Source: Malacoraja senta (Eukaryota). From it: 64,000 nucleotides of DNA. Where the stretch lies: the NCBI GenBank assembly GCA_038087875.1, contig CM075989.1, forward strand, positions 13,144,001 through 13,208,000, given 5' to 3'. Positions 35,591-49,300 of the stretch are shown in pieces. The notes under the pieces were generated by a model. That model was given only the letters and a program-made list of their open reading frames with translations. It searched no databases and had not been told where the DNA came from. A program made the position numbers and the translations under genes. How positions within the stretch are numbered: position 1 is the first letter of the stretch; the number at the start of each line of letters is the position of its first letter.

Positions 35591-36361
35591 TTAGATTATA
35601 TTATAACAGAGAACATAAGAACAGACCCTTTAACGATGTCTGTGCTGAACATATTGTCAAGACCGACCCTCATCTGCCTGCACATAATCGATATCTCTCC
35701 ATATCCAATATATCCATATGTTTATCCAAATGTTTCTTAAATGCCACTACTGTATCTGCCTCAACCACCACCATCAACACTGCCACCACCCCTGGCAGTG
35801 CATTTCAGGTGCTCATCATCCTCTGTGTAAAAAAAAAAATGTGCCTTGCACATCTCTAATATTTGCCCTTCTCATCATAAAGCTATCCACTCTGGTATTT
35901 GATTTTTTCCATCCTACGCAAAAGGTCTTTCTTCCCAATCTACGCCTCATAATTTTGTAATAATTTGCAAATCTCTAATCCTGTAGTCTGGGAAAATAGT
36001 AAGTTACCATCGCTCTGCTTTCTGCCCTTAAGGTAATTTTCTATCCAGTCTGCAATTTATTGGCCTCTCTGTGATAATATAACAGTCGGCCAGTTTATTC
36101 CACATGCCTCAAATTTGCTGGTATGTATTTATAACACTTTGGTTAGGTTCCATTTATGTGCGGTTCTGGTCACACATTCCCTGGGGCATGCAGACAGGAA
36201 TGGTGGTGGAAGCAGATAATGGCGTTTGGGAGACTTAGATTGTCACATGGAGATGCAGGGAATTTGAGGATATAGGCAGAAGAGATTCGTTTAGCAGCAT
36301 GTTCAACGCACATTGTAGGCTGCAGGGCCGGTTCCTGTGTTGTAATACTCTATGTTTTAAC

Positions 36362-36580
36362 ATGCCTCCAGATTCAGAGATAGTTTCTTCCCAGCTGTTA
36401 TCAGGCAACTAATACATCTTGTTACCAGCTGGAGTGCAATCCTGGCCTCTTTAACGGACTTTATCTTTCACTAAATGTTATGCCCTTTATCCTGTATCTG
36501 CACACTGGACGGCTTGATTGTGATCACGTATAGTCTTTTCATTGATGGATAGCAATCAACAAAAAGCTTTTCACTGCACA
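36362..36580 (+). mobile_element. Rex1/Babar-like 3' UTR fragment
   Basis: ccagattcagagatagtttcttcccagctgttatcagg...aaaagcttttcactg. Confidence 0.5.
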
Positions 36581-39168
36581 AATGTGTTGTATAGATTACC
36601 TTTTTTGCATTGTCTTCTTAAATTTATATTAGCAAAATAATCCAATCAGATTAATCAAACAAGATTTTAATTTAACAAATCCATGCTTGCTGATCTTATT
36701 TAACTTGCTTCCCCAAGTGCCTGATAACCTTTTCGTTATTTTTGTATCGATAAGCTTTCCCGCAACTGACTGACCAGCCAGTAATTGTTGAGTACGTACT
36801 CGTGCTTTTTACTTTCCTGGTCCCTGGTATTCAGTTGCATCTAGGGACTAATTGTTTTAACCTTTTCTGCAACCCATCTCCTCCTCAATGAAGTATGCAC
36901 TTCACCTGGGCCAGACTTGAAACATAGTTGCAATCATCCAATTTTGGAGAGCTTAAAATAAGAGAGATTGAAGAACAGATATGTAGACGTATTATGGAAA
37001 GATGTAAAAGCGACAGAGTTGTCATAGCAAGTGTCTAACTTCCACAACATAGACTGGAACTTCTTAATGCAAGAGGCTTAGACAGGGCAGAATTTGGGAT
37101 GTGCATCCAAAAGGGTTTCTTGAAACTATATGTGGACAGTTCAACAATGAGTCTGGCATTGAGCAGAGCCAAACTGGAGCCAGCGCCCCACCCCCCGCGC
37201 CGACTGCAAGTCCAGGGCCATCCTGGACACCTCCGGCCACCCCCAGTCAGGGACGGGACACCCGGGATGGGATGGGGCCGGCCCAGCAGCAACTCAACAG
37301 CACCCGCAGCGCCGGATATCCGGGCCCGACCCCAACCACGGATGAAACGCAAGCCTGCACACAATGCAGCACCACAGTGGCCGAGAATGTTTATAGCGAG
37401 TGACCTATGACATGGGCATGCGCAGTCGGAATACCGAACTCGATTTTTGCCATTACAGGTTGCCATTATCACATGTGAGCAGGAGCTTTGGAATGTTCTG
37501 AATATAACCAAATGGGGACCAACCAGGTCAGGAGAGTAGTGACGTAGCGACTGGAGGTAATAAAGATTAGGGTGAGGGAATCACTAGATTCTGGATGAAG
37601 ATAGAATATTAGTGGTAAAATGTCTTTGTGATGGAAAAGGTAATAATAACCTTTGGGTATTTGCTGGAGCCCCATTCAAAATGCTAACATTTTGTGTTGC
37701 TTCTTTGGTATTTTAAATTACAAATTTGTTTTTAATACTACTTTTCCCCTGAGTTTTTTCAGAGAGAAAGTCATGAGATATCTTCCCTTATTACTGCTTT
37801 CAATTTGCAAAGTCTACTTTTAGCAATGGTTGCAGAACTTGGTGTATGTAGCAGCTAACAAGTATAAAGACTTGTGACTTACTGTCCAATAACAACACAC
37901 ACTGAAGCATGACAACAACTGAGAAACTCTTCCTGTCGTCTGGTTTAGTGTCTTACCAAGGTCTACTTTATAATTACTCTCCATAGTCTGGTATTAAATT
38001 GGGCTGTAAAGCTTGCACATCAGTGTGAGTGAATTACTAATGTTGTGTGATCACACACGTGGAAAACCCTGTCACCAAAGATTTTTGCATACTTGTTCTA
38101 GATCACTTTGTCCTTTCTACCCAGTCAGATCTTTAATATGTTGGCTGTTTGTGTAATTTTACATTGCTGGCTATGGTTTGTAGCTCAACATTTCATCGCG
38201 CTACAAATGAATAAATTTCAAAGCTGTACTATATGAAAGGGTGTATGAATTTGCTCTTTTCCAAGTTCTTGCTAAAATAGCTAGGTTACGTATATATGTC
38301 CCTTTGTTGATGATAGGTTCCCTCACATTTTAAATTATTGTTTATAAAGTCTTTCTATGGGGCAGAGTTAACAATTTTGTTATTTTGATTTGTAATTGTA
38401 GAGCAGTTTGACATGATTGTGGCACATTAGGGATGATTATAATTTTCTCAGCCCAATGATTCATTTTTGGAGGCAGACTTGTATATTTTATTTTATTTAG
38501 GGAGATGGGCTATTGAGGATTTGTGTATCCCTGAGAGCTGATGCATCCTATTTCAGGATAGACATTAAGCGCATGACATCTGAAGAGCTGTGCATCATCC
38601 CTGCTTTTCTGCCGACTAGTCTAAGTTGATTATTCTTATGGCTATTCTTAATGAGAAAAATTGCAGATTTTGATCTTTAAAAAAAAAGTTTAATAATTCA
38701 GCTTTAATGAGAACTGACGACTTTTTCTGGAGGAATAAGTCAATGAAGACCCTGAACTGGAATAATTTAAGCTTTATTGCTATAATCAGATGACCATGAT
38801 TGTAAGTAAATACAATCTAAACTGATATATTTCATTTTATAAATAGTTTGAACTCTAAATTTATATTCCAGTTATGTATTTAATTTAGTTCTTAATGTAT
38901 CTGGTATTTAAACTTTGCTTGACTTGAGTCATTGACTGAAATGCTGTGATTTACTTAAAGTTAAACATATTTACAGTAGGTAGCTATTTGTGGAAATGTT
39001 TTATAAATTTTAAAATTCAAACTGCTTCAAAGTAACAAAGTTGGTAGGTACGTAATGTTTACATTGTTATTTTTAAATGTAATAATAATAATTGATTAAT
39101 TTGATTGTTCTTAACTGTTGTGCTTTATTTATTCCATTTATACTTATTTATTTTTTCCCTATCTGCAG

Positions 39169-39201
39169 TTCCAGTTCCCTTTGCAGACTGATCTCGAAGA
39201 G
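39169..39201 (+). other. Candidate 33-nt in-frame alternative exon of TRPM7 (FQFPLQTDLEE)
   Basis: Long pyrimidine tract + ctgcag acceptor, GAG|gtatgg donor, phase 0/0 matching intron 1; no transcript evidence available. Confidence 0.45.
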
Positions 39202-41178
39202 GTATGGTCAAACTGATGTCTCTACAATCTGATGTGTTCATATTCTTGAAGGCATCCCTGTTTCATTTTACAATCAGTTAGTTGTTACAACCAGTTGTAG
39301 AGCAGTTTTAGTAGTATGCAGTTTTTGTGGCTGATTCAAGGTGCTGCAGGAGATTTAACTGTTTTGATGCAAATTTGTTGCATCACATTGATGGTTATCT
39401 GCTGTCAAATCAAATGACCATTTTTGGATGGTGGTGCTTTTTTAAACTAAAATTTGACCGCTTTTAGTGCATTCTTCTGTTTTGGATATTTAATGTTGTT
39501 TTAAATTATTTTGCATTATGGTTTCGACAAATTAGTCTGGGTTCTATGTCTCCTTTTGCAGTAGTGACCATTAAAAAAAAGAAAAGAGTCTTGTGTTTGA
39601 GGTATTAGCATTAAATTGAAGAGATTTGCTGTTAACTATGAAACTTTTTGGGGAAACTGGAGGTAAAGATAAATTACTAGCACCATTTGTGGTATGGGGA
39701 AGATGCCTGCCTAGCTGATCGTCAGCAACTCCTGATGGTTATTGGTTAAATTTCTGCCAACAGGGAACGGAACCTGCATGTAGAATGAAGTGAAGCAGGA
39801 AATTAATTGAAACTGGTTTAAATAGTGTTAAACTCTGTTAATTACAGTTAAAATGAATACACCCTTTTATAATGAGAGGGTTTTAAATTCTTGTTGCCAC
39901 TAGTCATTCAGATGGCTCCACATGTTGGAAATGTCATCTTGTGAAACTGTATGGTTAGCTTTGAAGAGATTTTTTCATCTGTCTAATATAGGTGTGATTG
40001 TCCTTTGCATAAATAACATACATTAAAAGGGGAGACTTCCTCTTTGGATGGGATGCATATTTTAACAAATTAGAGGCTAAATATTTTAACATAATGTGCT
40101 TGTCCTTAGTTTGGCATTATTTGGCCAATCATTTGGGTACAGTTAACACTTGAGAGCTTGAAGGAGGTATATCTATTGCAAATTTAATTACAGAAAGAGA
40201 ATTCCTGAGAATTATTCATAATCTGAACAGCTTGTTATTTGGAAATATAGCTGTCCGGCAATATATTCAGACAAAAACATAGGTCAACCAAGGACAATGT
40301 GTATTTAAACCAGGGAGTTTAACACAACCATTCAGATATTGTCATGAACAGAATTTCCACAAAGTAGAAGATGTGTGCAACCCTGCAGCACCTGGCAATT
40401 CAAACCCGCAGGTCTCCCAAATGCTTATCCATATGTGCGGGTTGTATGTAAATTGAACATTTGTAACTGTACATTTACATTTGAATATTATTGCACTTGT
40501 ATAACCTGACTAGACTAATCTTTGAAACTGTCGTATTTTGACAGTCCCTTGATGTTTAAGAATGATCCTTTGCTCCCCCCACCTCCCTCAATCAGGATTA
40601 TTTTGTAGGTTCTGGGATGGCTGAAGAGGCTGAAGTTGCTGAGTTCAATAGAACTTAGAAATGTACGTGACCAAGTGGGACGGGCGGGCTTGGAATGTTG
40701 ATCTTGTGGAAATGCTACTTCCTCTCTACTATGTGCTTGCTTCACAGGCTTGTGGTTTGTTTAGGTCAGCCCTGGGCATGTCTCTCATGAATACATGTTA
40801 ATGTGTTCAGGTTTTTTTTTTGCTAACTCGGCCCTTAATTGAATTTGGACAGAATGGTGTGTTTTAAAAATAGGAAGCTAAAAAATAGAAGTGGGGGTAG
40901 ACCATACATTCCCTTGAGACAATTCTATTTTCATTAGGATTATAGCTGAGCTATTCCTCCTAAACCTTTAAATCAAAATTCCATATTTTTCCACATAAGC
41001 CAAAAAACAACTGTTGATCTTGATCTTGAATATACTGTCTGACAAACCACACTTTTGGGATAGAGAATTCCAAAGATTACAAAGTTCTTTGAGGAATCTT
41101 CCCCCTCACCTACCATGCCTTATTTTGAAACCAAGCCCTTGGGTTTTGATTCTTCAGCCAGGACAAACTCTGTGACTT

Positions 41179-41480
41179 GGGCAGCGCGGTGGTAGAGTTG
41201 CTGCCTTACAGTGCCAGAGACCCGTGTTCAATCCTGACTATGCATGCTGTCTGTGTGCAGTTTGTATGTTTTCCCTGTGACCATTTGGGTTTTCTCTGGA
41301 TGCTCAGTTTTCCTCCCACACTCCAAAGACGTACAGGTTAGTACGTTGCTTGGCTTCTGTTAATTCTGAATTCTCCCTAGTGTGTAAGATACTGCAAGTG
41401 TAAGGGGTGATCACTGGTAGGCAGGGACTCTGTGGTATGAAGGGCCTGTTTCCACGCTGTATCTCTAAAGTCTAAAGTAA
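41179..41480 (+). mobile_element. V-SINE (HE1-like)
   Basis: gggcagcgcggtggtagagttgctgcc head, V core, gaagggcctgtttcc...ctaaag tail. Confidence 0.85.
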
Positions 41481-41762
41481 AGTCTTCCTGTCAATCCATC
41501 TCAGAAACATCTGGTGAAGGATTTTCAACCAGAAACATTATTTTGGGCTTACTTTCGATTCATTTCTGCTTTCTTTCAGAACCCTGTATGCCTCTGAGTT
41601 TGAAGTTAGGCATCTGGTGACCTGGTGAAGTAATGTTGCGGTGTTTGCAGGATTAGCTCAAGGGACAAAGCTGATGTTGGTTTATCTGGTATCTATATGT
41701 GAAAATATCTGCAGGCAGGGTTAATAATTCTCCACTGCATTAAGGTATTCCCTGAATGCTAT

Positions 41763-42935
41763 AAGAAACTCAGCGAGTGAGGCAGCATCTATGGAGCGAA
41801 GGAAATAGGCAACATTTTGGGTCGAGACCCTTCTTCAGACAGATGTTTTGGGGGGGGGGGCGGCAGTGGGAAGAAGAAAGGAAGAAACGGAGACAGTGAG
41901 CTGAGGGAGAGATGAGAAGGGGAGGAGAAAGCAGGGACTACCTGAAATTAGAGAAGTCAATGTTCATACTGCTGGGGTGTAAACTGCCCAAGCAAAATAT
42001 GAGGTGCTGCTCCTCCAATTTACAGTGGTCCTCACTCTGGCCATGGAGGAGGCCCAGGACAGAAAGGCCAGATTCGGAATGGGAGGGGGGGTTGAAGTGC
42101 TGAGCCACCGGGAGATCAGGTAGGTTAATGCAAACCGATCGGAAGCGATCGCCAAGCCTACGCTCTTCTATACCCCGTAACTCTGCTCTCACTCCCCATC
42201 CCCCCCACTCGTAACAAGGGCAGTCCCCCGTGTCCTCACCTTCTATCCTACCAGCCGTCACATACAACAAATAATCCTCCGACATTTTCACCACCTCCAA
42301 CGGGATCCCACCACCGGCCATATCTTCCCATCTCCTCCCCTGTCTGCTTTCCGCAGAGACGGCTCCCTCCGTAACTCCCTGGTCAATTTGTCCCTTCCCA
42401 CCCAAACCGCCCCCCTCTCCTGGCACTTTCCCTTGCACCGCAGGAAATGCTACACTTGTCACTTTACCTCCCCCCCCCCCCCCCCCCCCGACTCCATTCA
42501 AGGACCCAAGCAGTCTTTCCAGGTGCAGCAGAGGTTCACCTGCACCTCCTCCAACCTCATCTATTGCATCCGTTGCTCTAGGTGTCAGCTGCTTTACATC
42601 GGTGAGACCAAGCGTAGGCTTGGCGATCGCTTCACCCAACACCTCTGCTCGGTTCGCATTAACCTACCTGATCTCCCGGTGGCTCAGCACTTCAACTCCC
42701 CCTCCCATTCTGAATCCGAACTTTCTGTCCTGGGCCTCCTCCATGGCCAGAGTGCGGACCACCGTGAATTGGAGGAGCAGCACCTCATATTTCACTTGGG
42801 CAGTTTACACCCCAGCGGTATGAACGTTGACCTCTAATTTCAGGTAGTCCCTGCTTTCTCCTCCCCTTCTCACCAGCTGAGTTTCTCCAGCATTTTTGTC
42901 TACCTTTGATTTTCCAGCATCTGCAGTTCCTTCAA
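41763..42935 (+). mobile_element. Penelope-like element 3' part (GIY-YIG endonuclease) with inverted 3' duplication
   Basis: ORF 42388..42837: CYTC...FTCTSSNLIYCIRCSRCQLLYIGETKRRLGDRFTQH (GIY-YIG); 41763-42160 is an inverted copy of the 3' end. Confidence 0.88.
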
Positions 42936-43087
42936 AACCCTGAATGCTATAGCTAAAATATCGGTATACATTTTGTTTCTTTGCTTTCCCTCTGTTATTC
43001 ATAATGCCAAGGCAAAATTATGCCTGGAAGCAGCTTTTTTCCCCTGTTTGATATTGTATTTATTAAAAGCAGATTTTTAACATTTTC

Positions 43088-43970
43088 AAGTTTGCAGATG
43101 ATACAAAAATGGGTGGTATTGCAGACAGTGAAGATGGTTGTGAAAAATTGCAGCAGGATCTTGATTGGTAGGCCAGTGGGCTGAGGAATGGTTGATGGAA
43201 TTTAATACAGAGAAATGTGAGGTGTTGCATTTTGAGAAGTCTAACATCGGCAGGACCAACACAGTGAATGGCAGAGCTCTGGGGAGTGTTGTAGAGCAGA
43301 TGGATTTAGGAGTGCAGGTACATAATTCCTTGAAGGTGGAGTCACAAGTAGATAGGGTGGCCAAAAAGTCTTTAGGCACATTTGTCCTTCATCAGCCAGA
43401 GTATTGAGTATAGAAGCTGGGAGGTCATGTTGCAGTTAATCAAGACACTGGTGAGACTGCATTTACAGTCTAGTGTTCAGTTCTGGATACCATGCTGTAG
43501 GAAAGATGTCAAACTGGAAAGGGTACAACGATTTGAAGATGTTGCCAGGACTCAAGCGTTTGAGCTGTAGGGAGAGGTTGAATCGGCTGGGGCTCTATTC
43601 TTTGGAGCGCAGGAGGATGAGGGATGATCTTTTAGAGGTGTATAAAATCATGAGATAAATAGATGCACAAAGTCTCTTGCCCAGAGTAGGGGAATCGAGG
43701 GTCAGTTGACATAGGTTTAAGGTGAAGAGGAAAAGATTTAATAGGAATCTGAGGGGTAACTTTTTCACACAAAGGATGGTGGGTGTATGGAACAAGCTGC
43801 CAGAGGAGGTAGTTGAGGCAGGGACTATCGTAAGGTTTAAGAAACAGTTAGACAGGTACATGAATAGGACAGTTTTGGAGGGATATGGGCCAAATGCAGC
43901 AAGTGAGATTAGTGTAGCTGGGACATGTTGGCCCATGTGGGCAGGTTAGGCTGAAGGGCATGTTTCCATG
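43088..43970 (+). mobile_element. CR1 LINE 3' fragment
   Basis: KFADDTK, WAEEWLMEFNTEKCEVLHF, RLGLYSLERRRMRDDL, FFTQRMVGVWNKLP. Confidence 0.9.
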
Positions 43971-44954
43971 CTCATACATGACTAAATTCATGCGCTGATG
44001 TGTTAATTATTGACATATATATATATAAACTCCAATATACTAAATAATATTCATAAGAAATGATTTTCTTATGAATTTCTTATAGCCCAATTTCAAATGA
44101 GAATGTAATGTTTTTTAAGTTCATATCAATTAATTCTTTCCCTCAAAGTATTGACTTTGCTCCTAATTGACACCTAGATTGTATTCAATTTGACATCGGT
44201 TTAGCTTTAAATAGCTTTTTGTGGACTACTTTTAAGTAATTATGACAATGGACCTGTTCTAAGCGATAGAACGCTAAATAAAGCTTCTATAAATATTTAG
44301 TTGGCTTTCTATCAGAACAATATTGTTGAGTTTAACATGCTATGCACTACTGTAATTTGGACAACTGAAGAATGGAATTGTCTAAATTTCTTGTTTCCAG
44401 ATTGAACATTGTTTATGGAAAACCCTTAAACTAATGCTAATAAATAAAGTATACTTAATTGTTTGCTCTCCTCCAAATTCAGCAGTGCAAGGCAACTAGA
44501 CGAAAATGGGTTGTTATGCAGTAAGAGAAAACCTAAGTACAAGAAGAAATTCTAGGCCAGTCGTTAATTTTGTTTCTTCTAGGTGGAGAAGTTTACCAAG
44601 CACATCATTCTGAACAAATAAACGGACCGTGGCTTATCTGGGCCATGAACGTATTGTGATACTACACTAAAGTTAGCTGTTAGTTTTGGTTAAATGTGTA
44701 GTCAAATGAATCTAAAGTTCCATTTAGAAATAACAAGGTTTATCTATCAATCAGAAGATAGCGCAGTGAGATTTGACACAAATTGAAAAAAGCTGAAAGC
44801 TTGCTGTAGTTTAACAAGCAGATGAAAGATAAAGGTAGATATTGCCATTATTTTTAGTTTGAGTCAGGCTGCTAATATTGTAGAATGTTACTTTATTCTT
44901 AATTTTTTTTTTTAAGGCATTCTGCCCCTCTCCCGGCTTTCTCTCCCCATCACA

Positions 44955-45085
44955 ATCAGTCAGAAGAAGGGTCTCGACCCGAAATGTCACCTATTCATAT
45001 TTTCAAGAGATGCTGCCAGACCCGCTGAGTTACTCCAGCACTTTGTCTTTTTTTTTGTAAACCAGCAGTTGCAGTTCCTTCTTTC
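44955..45085 (+). mobile_element. Penelope-derived short repeat
   Basis: gtcagaagaagggtctcgacccgaaatgtcacc...gatgctgcc...ctccagca. Confidence 0.65.
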
Positions 45086-46359
45086 TCCAGCCAACTATTT
45101 TAACCTATTCTTCCTGTATCTCCCTGTGCCTTGCCTGCACATCTGCTATTTTCTCTCCCGATTGTTAGGCCTGGCAGTGTGCTACAGACGCCTAACAATT
45201 TTAAGGTTTGCTGATCCATTTGGTTAATTATTTGCTTAGTGGGGAACCAGACTGCATGCAATGGAATTCGGCCTTTCATCCCAGTTTCCCAGGGATTTTT
45301 AATTTTAATTCAAAATATTATTAAACCATCTTTCAACGACCAAAAACCACCCACAGTTATTCAAAGTGACGGGTTTCTACAATCTTTGTACAAAATATTT
45401 GCATGCTGGGCAGTTTGTTGTAGGATTATGCTTAGAAAACACAGTTGGTGAGAAGGGGTCCAGGTCACTGAAGATAAGAGCAGACTATTTCCTTGATCAA
45501 CAATCTTCTTTTGCAGCATGTATATGTTTTGGGCTTTGCTGTTGATTAATTAGCATCTTTTTTATTGCCACAAAACCTAGTTTGTCACATGCTTGTCTTT
45601 ATTCAATGGAATGCAAGTGCTCATGGCTAATAGGTTTTTAATAAGTGTGTAAAAGCTACTCCAATTTGGACAACAATTCTACAAATTGGCTCGATTTACT
45701 CCAGCAGTAAGCTGTCTGGTTTCAAACTGTCCTACATGAAGATGCAAACTTGACTTTCGCAAAACTATTTTTAACTTTGTGGATCTGTCATGATCCTCTT
45801 TGGCAAGTCCGTGTGCTTTGGGTTTTGTCCATGTAAATAATGTTACATTTGAGGTTGGGTAATGATGGAAAGATGAAAAATTCTAGCCCACTGGTCTATC
45901 TGGCTGTCAAATCTAAGTAGAACTACTACTGCTGCAGAATTTTTTTTTAGAAATTCAAATTATTGAAAGAAGCATTTGCATTTAAACAAAATTACAACAT
46001 TTAATATTGAATCAAATAATCAAGTAAGTTTCAAATAATCAAAATTCAATTTAAGATTGTTTTGAATTGGGATAGGTCTGGTTGTTGGGGGAATGCACTT
46101 AATTGGGGCAAGGTTGATTACAATGTCATTAGGCATGAGGTAGGGTGGGTAGATTGGGAGCAGTTGTTATTGGGTAAGTCCACAGCTGACACGTGGGAGT
46201 CGTTTCAAGGCCATCTGATCAAAGTACAGGATCAGCATGTCCCAGTAAGGAGGGGTGGGGGGTGGAATAAGCATGGCAAGGTATAGGAACTGTGGATGAC
46301 CAAGAAGGTTGTAACTTAGGAAGAAAAAGGGAGCATATATCAGATTTAAGAAGTTGGAG

Positions 46360-46615
46360 GGGTAGAGACCCAGATTTGATCCTGACTACGGGTGCTGTCT
46401 GTACGCAGTTTGTACATCCTCCCTGTGACCATGTGGGTTTTCTCTGGGTACTCCGGTCTCCTCCCACATTCCAAAGTCGTGCAGGTATGTAGGTTAATTA
46501 GCTTCTGTAAAATCATCTCTGTATGTGTGGGATAGAACTATTGTGAACGGGTGATCACTGGTTGGCGTGAACTTGGTGATCCAAAGAACATGTTTCCACA
46601 CTGTATCTCTAAAAC
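46360..46615 (+). mobile_element. V-SINE, 5'-truncated
   Basis: agagacccagatttgatcctgactacgggtgctgtctgtacg...ctgtatctctaaa. Confidence 0.75.
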
Positions 46616-48219
46616 AAATGGCATCAATGTTTCTTCACTCGGGAGCGATGGTCTCTTTCATTTTCATGGCAACTTATAATATGGCCGTTGGGTAAGGACA
46701 GGCAGGCCATATTATATTGTGCTTTATTGTTGAATGAACTCTTGTCATTTTGAGTAACTTGAGCTAACTTGAGTTACTTGTGCTTGGCTGTGTTCTATTT
46801 ATCATTATATCCAAACTATAAATGTTGTTAACCACCAAATGGACTAGTCTAGGTAGACAATATGCAGTTGCTAGATTTGATATATATATTGCTGGTAGAT
46901 GGTTGATGTTCAAGGGCTATCCACAATTTTTCTGATTCACCTTGTAGCCAAATGAAATTTGCTTTATGTATGACCAAACTAAACCATTGTTGTGGTTTTA
47001 AATAAGGGACATATTTTGTACTGCTTCGAAATGTACGTTGTCTTGCATTGGTTGAGTACTTTTATACTTGACCGAGTATTAGATTAATACCCCTTTACAG
47101 AATGATAATTTTGATTGCATTCACTGCCCATTCCTTCTCGTGCAGAGAAGGTGGTGAGAGGGCAGATTGGAATGATTCCAAGCAATTATAAATAACAAAT
47201 ATAAATAATATTTGCAGTATTTACTTTTATACTAAAACATGGACTTTTAAAGTGTATTTCCTGGAAATTGTAAATTAGAACAAATGTTCAAAATCATTTT
47301 ATTCTTGACAAAAGGTTTCAAAGTCTAAGGATGTGGGGGTGAGGTGTAAATTTGCCAAATCCTCATCGGTTTGTTTAGGTAAAGTTTCTTTTTAAACCTC
47401 TGAACTGAAATATGCAAGTTCTGTGATATTTATATCACAGTTTACTTTGGCTCTGATTTGTTATATCTTTCTCTATTTCGCATATAGTTTCAATGGTTTT
47501 TCACAGCTGTTCTTCCACACAATTGACCCAGAGAATACATTTTATTTTTGGTAACATGTTTTTCAATATCTGTATAAAGCCCAATGTTGTTGAGAGAAAT
47601 TGACTCTGAAAAGTTCTAATAGAGAAATCACAGTGAAAATATTTGAACTCAAGGGTAATAATTTTGAATTGGTGGTCTTTGTATACTGGATATTGACTGC
47701 ATTTACATGTACCTTTTTGTCACTAATATATCAAATAATAAGAAATTGATCTTTCTAAAGAACATTTTGTCCAACTTTTGAAATAGGATTTGTTTCCGTT
47801 TTGCTTCATGGTGCACTTTTCTTTAATTAACACACAGTCATGTAACACCAAAATTGCTCTTTCAGCCTACATGTTCATTTTAACCATCAAGTACTTATTA
47901 CTCCCATTTACCAGCACTTGTCTTGAAGTCTATGTTGCTTTGGCAGTTTTGTCCGTTCAAATCTGTTGTCTTTGACTTCAGAAAAATATACTTATTAATG
48001 AAAATCAAAAAGCTGTATATGCTAGAAATGTGAAACAAAAACAGAAAATAAGGAAAATGCACAGGTGGAAATGAGAGTCATGATTTGGCTGTCATTGGAA
48101 TACCTGTCATTGGAATTGGGGGGGGGGGGGGGGGGATGGAAATGAGTGCTAAATATATTGTCATAAGTCATGTCTTTTTACCAATCCGATTGGGAATGGG
48201 AATTTGTTTCCATTCAGAT

Positions 48220-49300
48220 TGGGAGTGGTTTATTATTGTCACTTGAACCAAGATATAGTAAAAAAAACGTTGTTCTGCGTGCAATCCAGGCATATCATAC
48301 CAAATATAACTGCATCAAGGTAGTGAAAGAAGTAAAAGGAAACCAAATGCACAATATAGTGTTACAGCCACGTAAAAGTGCAGGTTTACAAAGTGCAAGG
48401 ACCACCACAAGGTAGATTAGGAGATCAGGAGTGCATTCTTGGTTTAAGAGAAGTCCGATCCAGAGTCTGTGAATCATGTGGTAAGTGCTTTCAGACTTTT
48501 GTATCTTCTGCCCAATGAGATAGGGATGAAGAGAGAATGACCTGGGTATGAGTGGCACTTGATTATGTTGGCTACTTTCTTGAGGCAGTGTGAGGTGTAG
48601 ATGGAATCGATGGGAGGAGGGGGAGGCTGCATTCACGACACTACAATTTCTTGCGGTTTTGGGAAGAGCACTTGCCATATCACTCTGTGATTAATTCAGA
48701 TCAGGTGCTTTCTATTGTGCATTGGTAGAAGTTGATAACAGCCATTAGAGGCATACTGAATTTCCTTAGTCTTCTCAGGAAGTAGAGGCTGTGCTTTCTT
48801 GGTGGTAGGATCAATGTGGTTGGATCAGGACAAAAACTGCTGCCGATATTTATACCTAGGATTTACATTCTCGACAACCTCCATTTGATAGCGACTGGAA
48901 CGTGTACATCATCCAGCTTTGTGAGGTTGCTTCCTGAATTTAAAACTCCTTCATTTTGCTGAATTTGAGGGAATGGTCATCTTGGAATTATGGTCCTAAG
49001 CACCCTATCTCTTTTCTGTATTCTGTTTCATTATTATTTGTGATCTGGTGCACAATTTCTTTGGGGGGGGGGGGTGGTTATGAGTCCTGGGTGCAGGAGA
49101 TTGGAAATGAGTTTGATTAGAATACTTGTGTTGAAGTAAGAGTTATAGTCAATAAACAAGACGTGGGTTAGCCAGATGTTCCAGCAATTAATGTAGGACA
49201 AAGGAAGTAGCATCTGCCGTGGACATGTTGATGCAGTAGATGAACTGCAGTGGATTAAGGCTGTCTAGAAGGCTGGAGTTGATGTGCGTCATAACCAGAT
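48220..49300 (-). mobile_element. Degenerate Rex1/Babar-like LINE fragment
   Basis: Decayed WYGxCSAQDRKKL-type RT C-terminal region and tgacaataa 3' end; boundaries approximate. Confidence 0.5.

Noticed and set aside
37150-37480. GC-rich insert with ORFs 37035..37511
   Set aside because: Sits within a decayed CR1 fragment and is probably another repeat; no termini or domain I can support
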